Part shown: in pieces, positions 8,891 through 23,068 of the stretch
Layout: each line of letters starts with the position of its first letter
Numbering within the stretch: position 1 is the first letter of the stretch
Sequence record: NC_041878.1
Length of the DNA stretch: 64,000 nt
Strand: one strand, 5' to 3'
Translations under genes and position numbers: made by a program
Notes under the pieces: generated by a model
The model's database searches: none
What the model was told of the DNA's origin: nothing
What the model saw: the letters and a program-made list of their open reading frames with translations, nothing else

Positions 8891-9451
8891 TTATAGTAGT
8901 ACTGGTAGTGCTTTAAACACTTTGATTGCAACAGCAGCAGCGGCAGCAGGAGTACCGTCTTTCTTCTGGAATACACCAGCTTGAGCTAGGTTAGCAGAAA
9001 TTTCAGCAGTTGGATCTACAGTTAGTGCATAAGTAGAACCTGGTTTGTTTTCTTGTTTGGTAAACACATCTTGACGTTCAACGATATAAGTAATACCGAA
9101 AGAATTATCAGCTAGAGTACCAGCTTTACCGAAAGCGATAACATTACCACCAACAGTTTCAAAGCCAGAAGCAGTAGGATCAACATCGTTAGAGAGAGCG
9201 GAAGTAGTTACTAGAACCGCACGTTGTGCAAGAGCTTGAGCAATGATAAATTGGTTTTTCTCAGCAGCAGATTTTGCGGTTTGAGCAGCATTATCGCCAG
9301 CTTCAGTACCATCAAATGCAACTGCGGATACGCCGATTTCTACATCAGCAGGTAGAGTAACAACAACAGTCACGAAACCGTTATCGCCACCCCAAAATTC
9401 GCGACTGTTAGCAGACATGCCATAGTTACGATCAAAAGAATTAAGACTCAT
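8891..9451 (-). CDS. Probable virion structural protein
   Basis: Start moved to ATG at 9451 (AGGAG upstream); late-type CATAAATA upstream on the minus strand; paralogous to 8219..8875. Confidence 0.6.
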   Translation of the reverse strand: MSLNSFDRNYGMSANSREFWGGDNGFVTVVVTLPADVEIGVSAVAFDGTEAGDNAAQTAKSAAEKNQFIIAQALAQRAVLVTTSALSNDVDPTASGFETVGGNVIAFGKAGTLADNSFGITYIVERQDVFTKQENKPGSTYALTVDPTAEISANLAQAGVFQKKDGTPAAAAAVAIKVFKALPVLL

Positions 9452-9571
9452 AAAAAATCTCCTATGTCTAATTTGGTGCAGGTACTTATTGACCTGCTTA
9501 ATGTTATTTATCAAATCCTTTTCGTTAGTATTAATAACGTAAAAAATTTAAGTAAAAAGTTAATGTGCAAT

Positions 9572-9579
9572 TATTTATG
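9572..9579 (-). promoter_or_regulatory. Putative T4-like late promoter CATAAATA
   Basis: Reverse complement of TATTTATG, upstream of the structural paralogue pair. Confidence 0.5.
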
Positions 9580-9586
9580 TCTTAAA

Positions 9587-9615
9587 TGAAACTGCACATA
9601 AAAATGTGGTATAAT
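9587..9615 (+). promoter_or_regulatory. Putative middle-class promoter
   Basis: TGAAAC-17bp-TATAAT with TGG extension, upstream of the RNase H gene. Confidence 0.75.
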
Positions 9616-9645
9616 CAAGGAAATTATGGAAAATGGAGTTCCTAA

Positions 9646-10631
<986 letters not shown>

Positions 10632-10632
<1 letters not shown>

Positions 10633-11132
10633 TGGCTATTTTAAAAATTCTTACAGAGTATTCATTCATTGTAGAAACCGGAACTGGTGAAAAGATGGGA
10701 ATACTTGTGAATTATGATGAAGGAACAACAGAACGTACAGGTATCGAATTCTTTAACTCTGATGGTGCACTAAAGTTCAATAATATGAAAGAACTTGAAG
10801 AACTCTTAGGTGAAGAATTCGTATATGAAGAAATTGAAATAACTGACAGTACTAATGCATCTAAAGCGTTAGGTGATTATCCAATCAACGACACTGATAC
10901 AATTATTGATATTTTATACGATGATCCTCTAGGAATCGGTACTTTCAGGAAAAGTGCTCGGTCTAAAAAGCGTTTTTATCCTGGCTGGTGGTTAGTACGA
11001 AGTGAAAATGGATCTTATCTTCCTCGACTAACACTAAGTGTTGACATTTATAACGAAAGAAACAATACAGAAGCACTATATGGGCCGTTTAAAACCTATA
11101 TGGATGTAACTTATACGTTAAAACAGCTATAA
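10632..11132 (+). CDS. Hypothetical protein
   Basis: 166 aa, TAATG coupling to rnh, C-terminal YGPFKT. Confidence 0.7.
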
Positions 11133-11139
11133 ATGATGT

Positions 11140-11165
11140 AGTACTGCCTTAGTGCAGTACTTTTT
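11140..11165 (+). terminator. Terminator-like hairpin built from two AGTACT sites
   Basis: AGTACTGC-cttagt-GCAGTACT followed by TTTT. Confidence 0.55.
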
Positions 11166-11175
11166 AAGGAAGAAT

Positions 11176-13517
<2,342 letters not shown>

Positions 13518-13519
<2 letters not shown>

Positions 13520-13525
13520 TAAATA
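13518..13525 (+). promoter_or_regulatory. Putative late promoter AATAAATA
   Basis: TAAATA core about 30 nt upstream of 13556. Confidence 0.4.
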
Positions 13526-13543
13526 TATCTATACAAGATTTGA

Positions 13544-14845
<1,302 letters not shown>

Positions 14846-14871
14846 GCCCCCAACCCAAATTACTAAATAAA

Positions 14872-14900
14872 TGAAACGTTGTACTATTTTGTGGTATAAT
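14872..14900 (+). promoter_or_regulatory. Putative middle-class promoter (distal ssb promoter)
   Basis: TGAAAC-17bp-TATAAT with TGG extension. Confidence 0.75.
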
Positions 14901-14958
14901 GTAGAAGAATTTGAGGCAACTCGAATAAGTCAGTCAAGACTATAAAATGACAAAAATG

Positions 14959-14987
14959 TGAAACGCTACAAGAAATTGTGGTATAAT
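14959..14987 (+). promoter_or_regulatory. Putative middle-class promoter (proximal ssb promoter)
   Basis: TGAAAC-17bp-TATAAT with TGG extension. Confidence 0.75.
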
Positions 14988-15072
14988 ATGAATGTCTGAA
15001 GCAGGAAGCGGAAGACAAAAGAAGCAAAATTAAACTAAGTAACAAAGAAGCAAATTGATAAGGAAATCAAAA

Positions 15073-16116
15073 ATGGCAACATTAGCAGAAATTCGTGCAC
15101 TACTAGCAGCAGAAGCGGCAAAAGCAGAAGCAGCAAAAAATGGTACATTCGTTGGTAACGGACAACCTGATGCGTTTCTAGCATTCTGGAACATTCCAGA
15201 GAATCAAGATCTAAATCTACGTTTTCTACCAGATGCAGATCCAAACAACACATATTTCTGGCGTGAACGTGAGATGATTAATCTTGAGTTCAACGGAATT
15301 AAAGGTGTACACACTGATAAAGTGCGTCTACAAGTTCCATGCAACGAAATGTGGGTTCCAAATTCTTGCCCTGTACTAACTGAAATTCGTCAGTGGTACA
15401 AAGTTGCGAAAGAAACTGGTAACGAAGATCTTTCTAAGCAAGCATCTAAGTACTGGAAAAAGAAATCATATCTATTCCAATGCTTAATTGCACCAAACTC
15501 TGTAGAAGTCAAAGATGACAACGCTCCAGAGAATCCAATTCGTCGTGTTCTAGTGAACAAAGATTTGTTTGAGAAAATCAAATCAATTCTTATGAACCCT
15601 GATGTAGAAGAACTACCAACTGATTTTGAACATGGTCGTGATTTCCGTGTGATTAAATCTAAAAACGCTGGTGGATTCAACAACTATGATGCATCACAGT
15701 TCAAATTCTCCGAACGTCCACTAAACGATGAAGAACGTGCTGCGATTGAACAGTATGGCCTATTCACTCTAAATGAGTTTATGCCAAAACAACCAACTCC
15801 AGAAGAACTAAATGCAATCCGTGAAATGTTCGAAGCATCTTGCAACGGTGAAGCATATGATCCTGCACGTTGGGCTGCATTCTATCGTCCAGCAGGTGTT
15901 CAACGTCCAGCAACTGGATCGACCACAGACACTCCAACTATTCCAGCAGCGACTACAACTGCTCCAGTGCAAACTGCACCAGTAGTAGAAAGCAAGCCAG
16001 TAGTTACTGAATCTGCACCAGCAGCAGAAGCAACTCCAACTGCTTCAGCAGCACCTAAAGAGAAACTTTCTCCAGCAGACCTAGTAGCTAAACTAAAAGC
16101 TAAAAGCGGTCAGTAA
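15073..16116 (+). CDS. gp32: Single-stranded DNA-binding protein (gp32-like)
   Basis: LRFLPD, Zn-site-like CNEM..NSCPVL, YWKKKSYLFQ, GRDFRVIK, NNYDASQF; lies directly upstream of uvsX/uvsY; Pro/Ala/Thr-rich linker. Confidence 0.8.
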   Translation: MATLAEIRALLAAEAAKAEAAKNGTFVGNGQPDAFLAFWNIPENQDLNLRFLPDADPNNTYFWREREMINLEFNGIKGVHTDKVRLQVPCNEMWVPNSCPVLTEIRQWYKVAKETGNEDLSKQASKYWKKKSYLFQCLIAPNSVEVKDDNAPENPIRRVLVNKDLFEKIKSILMNPDVEELPTDFEHGRDFRVIKSKNAGGFNNYDASQFKFSERPLNDEERAAIEQYGLFTLNEFMPKQPTPEELNAIREMFEASCNGEAYDPARWAAFYRPAGVQRPATGSTTDTPTIPAATTTAPVQTAPVVESKPVVTESAPAAEATPTASAAPKEKLSPADLVAKLKAKSGQ

Positions 16117-16174
16117 TAGTTAAAAACAATTGGGGCAACGGATTTGCCCCGATTTCATTTCATGGAGAGAAAAT

Positions 16175-17305
16175 ATGAAAAATACGTCTAGTGGTTTAGC
16201 AAGTATCATTAAAAACAGTTCAAATAGTATCAAGAAAATGACTGGTGTAAGTATCGGATTCCACGATCCTGATACCTGGATTAGTACTGGTAACTATGCA
16301 CTGAACTATCTCATCAGTGGTGATTTTGACGGTGGTATTCCACTTGGCAAAGTAACCGTATTCGCTGGTGAATCTGGTGCTGGCAAATCTTATATTGTTT
16401 CCGGTAACGTTATCCGTGAAGCACAAAAACAAGGCATTTACCCATACGTAATCGACTCTGAAAACGCCCTTGATGATAAGTGGTTAACAGATCTTGGTGT
16501 AGATACCGATGAATCAATGATGTTCAAAGCGAACGCAGCTATGATTGATGACGTTGCAAAACTAATTGCAGATGTTGTTAAAGATTATCGTGACCAGTTT
16601 GGTGATCTTCCACGTGAAGAACGTCCAAAACTACTATTCGTAATCGATTCATTGGGTATGTTAATGACACCAACTGAAACTGCACAGTTTGAAAGTGGTG
16701 ATATGAAAGGCGACATGGGTCGTAAAGCTAAACAGCTTAAAGCGTTAGTTACTAACTGTGTAAACATGTTCGGTGATCTAAACATTGGCCTAATTGCAAC
16801 AAACCATACTTATGCATCTCAAGATATGTTCGATCCAGACCCTAAAGTTTCTGGTGGTGCTGGTTTCGTTTATGCTTCTTCTATTATGGTTGCAATGCGT
16901 AAACTAAAACTAAAAGAAGATGAAGATGGTAACAAAACTTCTCAGGTAAATGGTATTCGTGCATCATGTAAAATCATGAAAACACGTTATAACAAACCAT
17001 TCGAAGATGTTGAAATCAAAATCCCTTACAATACTGGTATGAACCCATACAGTGGTTTGTTAGATATGTTTGAAAAACGTGGTCTAGTAACCAAATCTGG
17101 CAACAGCTTAGTGTATGTTGATATTGATACTGGTGAAGAAATCAAGAAATTCCGCAAAGCTTGGGAAAAGAATGATAACTCCTGCTTAGATTTAATTATG
17201 GGTCAGTTCAAACGTCACCCACTAATTGCAGTAGTAACAGAAGCAGAAAAAGGTGATGAAGATTTTGGTGTAGACCTTGATCTTGAGGAAGTGAGCGAGG
17301 AATAA
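16175..17305 (+). CDS. uvsX: RecA-like recombinase UvsX
   Basis: ISTGNYALN, Walker A GESGAGKS, IDSENALD, VIDSLG, TNHTY, SGG; start moved to ATG 16175. Confidence 0.93.
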   Translation: MKNTSSGLASIIKNSSNSIKKMTGVSIGFHDPDTWISTGNYALNYLISGDFDGGIPLGKVTVFAGESGAGKSYIVSGNVIREAQKQGIYPYVIDSENALDDKWLTDLGVDTDESMMFKANAAMIDDVAKLIADVVKDYRDQFGDLPREERPKLLFVIDSLGMLMTPTETAQFESGDMKGDMGRKAKQLKALVTNCVNMFGDLNIGLIATNHTYASQDMFDPDPKVSGGAGFVYASSIMVAMRKLKLKEDEDGNKTSQVNGIRASCKIMKTRYNKPFEDVEIKIPYNTGMNPYSGLLDMFEKRGLVTKSGNSLVYVDIDTGEEIKKFRKAWEKNDNSCLDLIMGQFKRHPLIAVVTEAEKGDEDFGVDLDLEEVSEE

Positions 17306-17306
17306 T

Positions 17307-17771
17307 ATGGCTAAGGCATGGCATTGGATCATTAAAGATGATAAATCAAAGATACTTGATATGGTTGAGTTCTTTGAAAATGAGTTAGAAGACGCAAGAC
17401 GTGAAGTAAAACAATCTGGTGTGATTGAAAAACTATCTCAGCAATTGCCAGCTTATCATGAACTTCGTTTTAGTCAACTACAACAGGTAGAAACAGTACT
17501 TGAAATCTTGGAAATTGAGTTAAAACAACTTGAATCTGAGAAATTTAAGAAATTTCTTGAGCATTACAACCGTGCATTGTCCTCTGCTGACTGTAAAAAG
17601 TACGTAGAAGGTGATCCAGATGTTGTAGCAGTCAATGAAATGATTGCTGACGTTGCGTATATTCGCAATCAACTACTTGGTGTAGTTAAATCGTTAGAGA
17701 TGAAAGCATTCCAGTTGAACAATATCGTTCGATTGAGAACGGCAGGTATCGAAGACGCTAGATTAGATTAA
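17307..17771 (+). CDS. uvsY: Recombination mediator UvsY-like protein
   Basis: Helical 154 aa directly after uvsX; KYVEGDPDV and KAFQLNNIVRLRTAG match UvsY as recalled. Confidence 0.7.
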   Translation: MAKAWHWIIKDDKSKILDMVEFFENELEDARREVKQSGVIEKLSQQLPAYHELRFSQLQQVETVLEILEIELKQLESEKFKKFLEHYNRALSSADCKKYVEGDPDVVAVNEMIADVAYIRNQLLGVVKSLEMKAFQLNNIVRLRTAGIEDARLD

Positions 17772-17775
17772 ATTT

Positions 17776-17806
17776 AAGGACGCTTATTGCGTCCTTTTTG
17801 TTTTTT
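17776..17806 (+). terminator. Intrinsic terminator
   Basis: AAGGACGC-ttatt-GCGTCCTT then T-rich. Confidence 0.75.
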
Positions 17807-17816
17807 AGAGAAAATT

Positions 17817-18662
17817 ATGACTGAGCTTGACAAATTTTTTAATAATGTTATGATATTGGACACTGAAACGACTGGCGTTGATGACGATTCAGACATTATT
17901 GAGTTTAGTGCTTCATTTCCATTAAGTGCAAATGATTCATTTGAAGATGTATACAATTATACCTCCAGATTTAAACCAACACATGATGTTCCCGCAGACG
18001 CATCAGCAATTCACTTCATTACAACCGATGATTTGGTAAACGAAGGTTCATATACTGATAAAGCTGAAGAATTCTATCCATTGTTTGGTGTTAAACAGTA
18101 CTATGTAGGACACAATGTGCAGTTTGACCGAAGAATGCTAAGAAAGAATAACGAACGTTTCTTTGGTAATGAAGTTCCTGAGTTTGAAAACGATGAAAGT
18201 TGGATTTGTACATTAAAACTAGCTAAAAAATTATTTGCAGAAGATCCAGAGTTCCAAAACTTAACTTTGAGCTATTTGTGGTTCAAATTTGAGTTGAATA
18301 AGACATGTACTCATAAAATTGTGCCTCATAGTGCAGAAGATGATGTGTATATGACTTATAAGGTACTTTCACATCTAGTAAATATTGCAATCGAACGAGG
18401 CTTGATTGACACCAATAAGGAAATTGGTTCACAAGTTGTGACATTAGCAAACACACCAATACTTTATAGCGTTATGACAATTGGTAAACATAAAGGTTGG
18501 GTAATGGAAGATGTTCCTGAAAATTATTTGAAATGGATGATTTCAAATATGGACGTTATGAATCCAGATATGCCTAACTTTGATGCTGACCTTGCCTTTA
18601 CGGTAGAAACTGAAATAACTCGTAGATTGGAAAATGGACTAATGTCATTCGACGTTGAATAA
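17817..18662 (+). CDS. DEDDh 3'-5' exonuclease (DnaQ/ExoX-like)
   Basis: LDTETTG, GHNVQFD, HSAEDD motifs; C-terminal GKHKG..DVP..YLKW module as in ExoX-like proteins. Confidence 0.88.
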   Translation: MTELDKFFNNVMILDTETTGVDDDSDIIEFSASFPLSANDSFEDVYNYTSRFKPTHDVPADASAIHFITTDDLVNEGSYTDKAEEFYPLFGVKQYYVGHNVQFDRRMLRKNNERFFGNEVPEFENDESWICTLKLAKKLFAEDPEFQNLTLSYLWFKFELNKTCTHKIVPHSAEDDVYMTYKVLSHLVNIAIERGLIDTNKEIGSQVVTLANTPILYSVMTIGKHKGWVMEDVPENYLKWMISNMDVMNPDMPNFDADLAFTVETEITRRLENGLMSFDVE

Positions 18663-18684
18663 TACGAATTAAAAGGACTCAAGG

Positions 18685-20169
18685 ATGAGTGGAACTTGTA
18701 AGTTAATACTTCAGGACGAAGTAAACTGTAAATTTGAGGGGCTTGCCCCTAATATTCGTCAAGAAATGATTCGTAAGGTTTCATATACTTTACCATATGC
18801 ACGATATACACCAGCAGGTCGTATGGGTCGGTGGGATGGTAAAGTAAACTTTATGAACATCGGTGGTAGTACTTACTATCATATGTTAGATCAGTTGCTA
18901 CCGATTCTTGAAAAACATGATGTGATGATTGAAATTGAAGATCAACGCATTCAACACAATTTTGAATTCGAACCAATTGATGAGAACATTTTCGATTACG
19001 TTGAATTCCCACCTGGTCACCATATGGAAGGAAAGAAAATTGTCCTTCGTGAACACCAAGTGAATGCAGTAAACACTTGTCTACAGAATCCACATGGGTT
19101 ACTATTGGCAAGTACTTCATCAGGTAAAACACTAATTACTGCTGCAATGTCTAAATCCGTTGAGAAATACGGTCGAAGTATTGTTATTGTACCGAACAAA
19201 GACCTTGTTCAGCAAACGTACAACGATTATGCAATGGTTGGATTAGATGCAGGTGTGTTTTATGGTGAGAAGAAAGAATTAAATCACCAACATACAATTA
19301 CAACCTGGCAATCATTAAACTCTTTGTGGAAAAAGACAAAAAAAGGTGAACTAGAACTAACTGAACAAGATGTTCATGATTTCATTAATGGTGTTATTGC
19401 AGTTATTGTCGATGAAGCACATACAAGTGCAGCAGAAGCATTACATGCAGTACTAGGTCAAGTAATGAAAAACATTCCTTTGCGTTGGGGGCTAACTGGT
19501 ACAATTCCAAAAGATCCTGTACTTGCAGCAAAGATTAAATGTAATGTTGGTGAAGTAATCTATACTATTACAGCTAAAGAATTGCAGGATAAAAAGATTC
19601 TCAGTACTTGTAATGTGAACTGTATTAGATTAAAAAGTTCTCTAAAATTTGCAAACTATCAGGAAGAACTAAAGTATCTTGTAACTGATAGAGATAGAAT
19701 GAAGTACGTAGCAACATTAATTGCTGCTATAGCTGAAAGTGGAAACACGCTAGTACTAGTTGATAGATTAGAAGCTGGTGAACTACTTTGTGAATACTTA
19801 GGTATACCAAAGTCAGAATTCGTTCGTGGTGATACTAAGAAGAAAGACCGTGAAGCTTCATATGGAGAAATCCGATGGGCTGATAACAAAATCCTAATTG
19901 CTACCTATGGTGTTGCAAGTACTGGTATTAGTATTAGTCGTTTATATAACGTTGTACTAATTGAACCAGGCAAGAGTTTTGTACGTACTATTCAAAGTAT
20001 TGGTCGTGGTTTACGTCGAGCAGAAGATAAAGACCACGTAGAGATTTATGACATTTCAGGTTCCAACAAGTATAGTGCTAAGCATATGCGAGAACGTATT
20101 GCGTACTATAATGAGGTACAATATCCATACGTCGAGATGATTGTGGATGATTGGCAAAATATGGAATGA
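18685..20169 (+). CDS. uvsW: SF2 DNA helicase UvsW
   Basis: STSSGKT, DEAH, GLTGT, QSIGRGLR. Confidence 0.92.
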   Translation: MSGTCKLILQDEVNCKFEGLAPNIRQEMIRKVSYTLPYARYTPAGRMGRWDGKVNFMNIGGSTYYHMLDQLLPILEKHDVMIEIEDQRIQHNFEFEPIDENIFDYVEFPPGHHMEGKKIVLREHQVNAVNTCLQNPHGLLLASTSSGKTLITAAMSKSVEKYGRSIVIVPNKDLVQQTYNDYAMVGLDAGVFYGEKKELNHQHTITTWQSLNSLWKKTKKGELELTEQDVHDFINGVIAVIVDEAHTSAAEALHAVLGQVMKNIPLRWGLTGTIPKDPVLAAKIKCNVGEVIYTITAKELQDKKILSTCNVNCIRLKSSLKFANYQEELKYLVTDRDRMKYVATLIAAIAESGNTLVLVDRLEAGELLCEYLGIPKSEFVRGDTKKKDREASYGEIRWADNKILIATYGVASTGISISRLYNVVLIEPGKSFVRTIQSIGRGLRRAEDKDHVEIYDISGSNKYSAKHMRERIAYYNEVQYPYVEMIVDDWQNME

Positions 20170-20190
20170 GTTAAATTTTTGTGATATAAT
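20162..20190 (+). promoter_or_regulatory. Putative middle-class promoter, variant TGGAAT box
   Basis: TGGAAT-17bp-TATAAT with TGA extension. Confidence 0.6.
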
Positions 20191-20222
20191 ATAGACATAC
20201 AAAATAAAAAGGATATTTTGAA

Positions 20223-20660
20223 ATGGAACTTCGATCTAGCATCGCATTTATTGGCGATTCTGAAATTTTAGAGATTATTGACTCTTTCATTATGGAAGAA
20301 TCACTAATTGATGACATGGTTTTTTCGGTAGATTTTATTCCAGAACTGGAAACTAACGATACCTATGTCTACCGTTGTCAGACCGACGACGATTCGTGGG
20401 TTAATATCTACGATATTAAAACCCGTCTTGATGAAAAGTTTGAACACGAACGCAAATATGACATTATATATGCCAGTACTGATGCACAATCTTATATTGA
20501 TGTGATCAGCGTAACTGGTAATTTCGATGTTTATCTTGACACCGATACGGATAAAATTCAAGAACTGTGTGAAACTTATGGATTGGAGTTCTACGGAACT
20601 GAAGATGATGACGAAGATTATTATCTAGATTCCGACGAAGATGACGACAATTACTACTAA
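20223..20660 (+). CDS. Highly acidic hypothetical protein
   Basis: 43 Asp/Glu vs 8 Lys/Arg in 145 aa (hand count). Confidence 0.75.
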   Translation: MELRSSIAFIGDSEILEIIDSFIMEESLIDDMVFSVDFIPELETNDTYVYRCQTDDDSWVNIYDIKTRLDEKFEHERKYDIIYASTDAQSYIDVISVTGNFDVYLDTDTDKIQELCETYGLEFYGTEDDDEDYYLDSDEDDDNYY

Positions 20661-20669
20661 GGAATTCAC

Positions 20670-21173
20670 ATGAACGTATTAACACCTGAAAATTATGCAT
20701 TTGAAATGGATCTAGTTACTGATACTATTCCAGAAGAAATGTACTGCGTACTTGACCTAAGCACGGTCGAAGATGCTGATTATTACTTTAAACACATCCT
20801 AAACACCGTGTCGTTTAATAGTATTAGTGCTGATTTACAAATTGGTAATCATATTGTTCAAGTTCCTCTCGGCTGGCAGATATTGCTTGGTGATGAAGAC
20901 ACTGGAATGATGGAAATGTGCACAATTGAGAATATTTTGAATATGAAAGACCCTAGAGCATTCGTTTATAATCCGATTCGCTCTATGTACCCTCGATATG
21001 AGCCTGTTAAAGTACTTCGAGTATTCACTCTAACTACTAAATGGCAAATTCCAATGTTACCAAAGAAAAATCTACTCGCAGTACCTTTATGTAACGGTAC
21101 AAATCCACCATGTGTGTACTTTGCAGATGAAAATGAGAAAATTCAAGATCTATTTTTAGGAATTGGTGATTAA
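20670..21173 (+). CDS. Hypothetical beta-rich protein
   Basis: 167 aa, AGGA RBS, in operon with the clamp-loader small subunit. Confidence 0.7.
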   Translation: MNVLTPENYAFEMDLVTDTIPEEMYCVLDLSTVEDADYYFKHILNTVSFNSISADLQIGNHIVQVPLGWQILLGDEDTGMMEMCTIENILNMKDPRAFVYNPIRSMYPRYEPVKVLRVFTLTTKWQIPMLPKKNLLAVPLCNGTNPPCVYFADENEKIQDLFLGIGD

Positions 21174-22018
21174 TGTTTGATTTTAACGGTTTACCAACAG
21201 CTTCAGAGGATGAAGAAACTAGTACAAGTACAGCAACCAAGTTAGATATGAATCTATTACTTGAAAAAATTGATATGGCTGACTATGACTATTACGACAC
21301 TCTAAGTGATAAAGAAAAGAAACATTTCCAACCGTATATTGTATTACGTTGGATTAGTTCTCTTGACGATTCAGTACAAGTAACATATACTGCAAAGAAA
21401 GTTGAAAACATCTTTGGTAAATGGTCAAGCGGTGGTAAAGATGCTCTTAATGAACTCAAAGATGAGTTTAATAGTACTGGTGCAGGGGTCTGCATCAGTG
21501 CCGCGAAGTACGAACATGCAAAGTACGATTGGCGTATTAAGTTTGCCGTACAAGACAGAGCAAGTGCAGATGCACTAATTGAAACCATGAAAGAATTTGG
21601 TATAACTGGACATGAAATCATTTCTCTCATTGATAGTACTACAATTAAGTACCATCTGATTATGCTAAATGATATGGTTAACCAGAACTTTTGGGAAATG
21701 AAAAACCATCCAGAGCTTGTGTATGAACTTATGTGTTCAGTATCAGAAATGATTGGACCACAGAAACGTGCACACAACTGGTTACCACATTGCAAAGGTT
21801 TGAAAAACGTCGATAAGAATATTTTCGACATTATAAAACGCACTCAATCTGAATATACTGCTGCTAATATGAATGAAGCAGAGTATAAGATTTTACTATC
21901 TGGTTATACGAAAGAAACCTTTGAAGATCTTCTTAAAGACTTAGGTTCATCTGAAACAGAAATTAAAACTCTTTTGAAACAATTCAAAGCAGAAAGTGAA
22001 AAGTATGGCAAAAACTAA
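21173..22018 (+). CDS. Probable clamp-loader small subunit (gp62-like) with insertion
   Basis: N-terminal ..YDTLSDKEKKHFQPYIVLRWISS and C-terminal LNDMVNQNFW..HPELVYELMC..KRAHNW resemble gp62-family proteins as recalled. Confidence 0.45.
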   Translation: MFDFNGLPTASEDEETSTSTATKLDMNLLLEKIDMADYDYYDTLSDKEKKHFQPYIVLRWISSLDDSVQVTYTAKKVENIFGKWSSGGKDALNELKDEFNSTGAGVCISAAKYEHAKYDWRIKFAVQDRASADALIETMKEFGITGHEIISLIDSTTIKYHLIMLNDMVNQNFWEMKNHPELVYELMCSVSEMIGPQKRAHNWLPHCKGLKNVDKNIFDIIKRTQSEYTAANMNEAEYKILLSGYTKETFEDLLKDLGSSETEIKTLLKQFKAESEKYGKN

Positions 22019-22724
22019 TAAAGGGGCTGCAAAAGCCCCTACTTATAAATGCAGATTTTGTGATAAAGAATATAAACGAGAAGATACAGTACTTACTCAT
22101 GCTTGTGTGAAACGTGATCGTTACAATGATCGTGAATCCCGACAAATGCGTGAGGCTTTTCGATTGTACATGCATTTCATGGAAGTTCACAAATTTCAAA
22201 TGAAAAAGAATGAAGAACCATTGATGCAGTTTATCAAGTCTAGATATTTTAATGACTTCTATGATTTTGCACAGTACATTTTATCACATGATATTCTAAA
22301 TAAAGAACAATTCATCACGTATGTTTTAACGAGTGGAAAGACTGTTTATGAATGGAAATCTCAAAAAACGTATGAGGAATGGGTAATTAAGTGCATTCGT
22401 AATGAACACCCTAGACGTGGTATTGAACGCTCAATTAATGCATTAGTTGAGTGGAGCGTAGCCACAGATAATGAATGGACAAGTTTCTTTGAAAATGTAA
22501 GTACTGAACGTGCTATTATGTGGTTCGAGACAGGTAAGATTTCTCCCTGGCTGATCTATGCGGCATCACCAGAAAGTGGAAACAAACTACTGAACCGTTT
22601 TTCTGACTCAGAGTTAGAATATCTGGTTCGTTTTATCGATCCAACATATTTCAAAATTCTCCAGATTCGTTATAATGATGAAGTGTTAGATATACGAAAT
22701 TTATTAACGGAGGCTGGTCTATGA
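22005..22724 (+). CDS. C2HC zinc-finger hypothetical protein
   Basis: YKCRFCDKEYKREDTVLTHAC; start moved to ATG 22005. Confidence 0.65.
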   Translation: MAKTNKGAAKAPTYKCRFCDKEYKREDTVLTHACVKRDRYNDRESRQMREAFRLYMHFMEVHKFQMKKNEEPLMQFIKSRYFNDFYDFAQYILSHDILNKEQFITYVLTSGKTVYEWKSQKTYEEWVIKCIRNEHPRRGIERSINALVEWSVATDNEWTSFFENVSTERAIMWFETGKISPWLIYAASPESGNKLLNRFSDSELEYLVRFIDPTYFKILQIRYNDEVLDIRNLLTEAGL

Positions 22725-23068
22725 TACATGGAATGTATTCAAACAATAATGATGACCAATTTGAACAAAAATCTGATGTACTGAAGAATGCAGCAGAATC
22801 AAAACTATCAATGATTCAACGTGGTTCAGTTACAGAGATTACGATGGGTGACAGAACTTTTCAAGTCACAGATCCTAAGCGTATGGAACAAACTATCTCA
22901 GTACTGAAGCATCAAGAAGAAGCTATTCAGAACTTGAGAGCAAGAATGAAAGAACATCATAATGCAATTAGTGTTTTGGTTCAAGAAATACAGACTTTAA
23001 AGAATGAAGTTCAAAGATTGAAGGAAATAACTAATGGATATGGATCACAAGAATTCTCAAACTATTAA
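22721..23068 (+). CDS. Coiled-coil hypothetical protein
   Basis: Heptad-like LKHQEEAIQNLRARMKEHHNAISVLVQEIQTLKNEVQRL; ATGA overlap. Confidence 0.65.
   Translation: MIHGMYSNNNDDQFEQKSDVLKNAAESKLSMIQRGSVTEITMGDRTFQVTDPKRMEQTISVLKHQEEAIQNLRARMKEHHNAISVLVQEIQTLKNEVQRLKEITNGYGSQEFSNY

Noticed and set aside
20670-21173. Free-standing Hint-fold protein that might trans-splice the split DnaE halves
   Set aside because: The beta pattern is only vaguely Hint-like, there is no N-terminal Cys/Ser nucleophile or C-terminal His-Asn, and neither DnaE half carries intein sequence
21292-21843. 183-aa minus-strand ORF and similar antisense or nested ORFs (for example 3253-3612, 8244-8567, 28297-28713, 57692-58099)
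   Set aside because: They lie wholly opposite or inside well-supported genes, have no RBS or recognisable motifs, and show typical shadow composition
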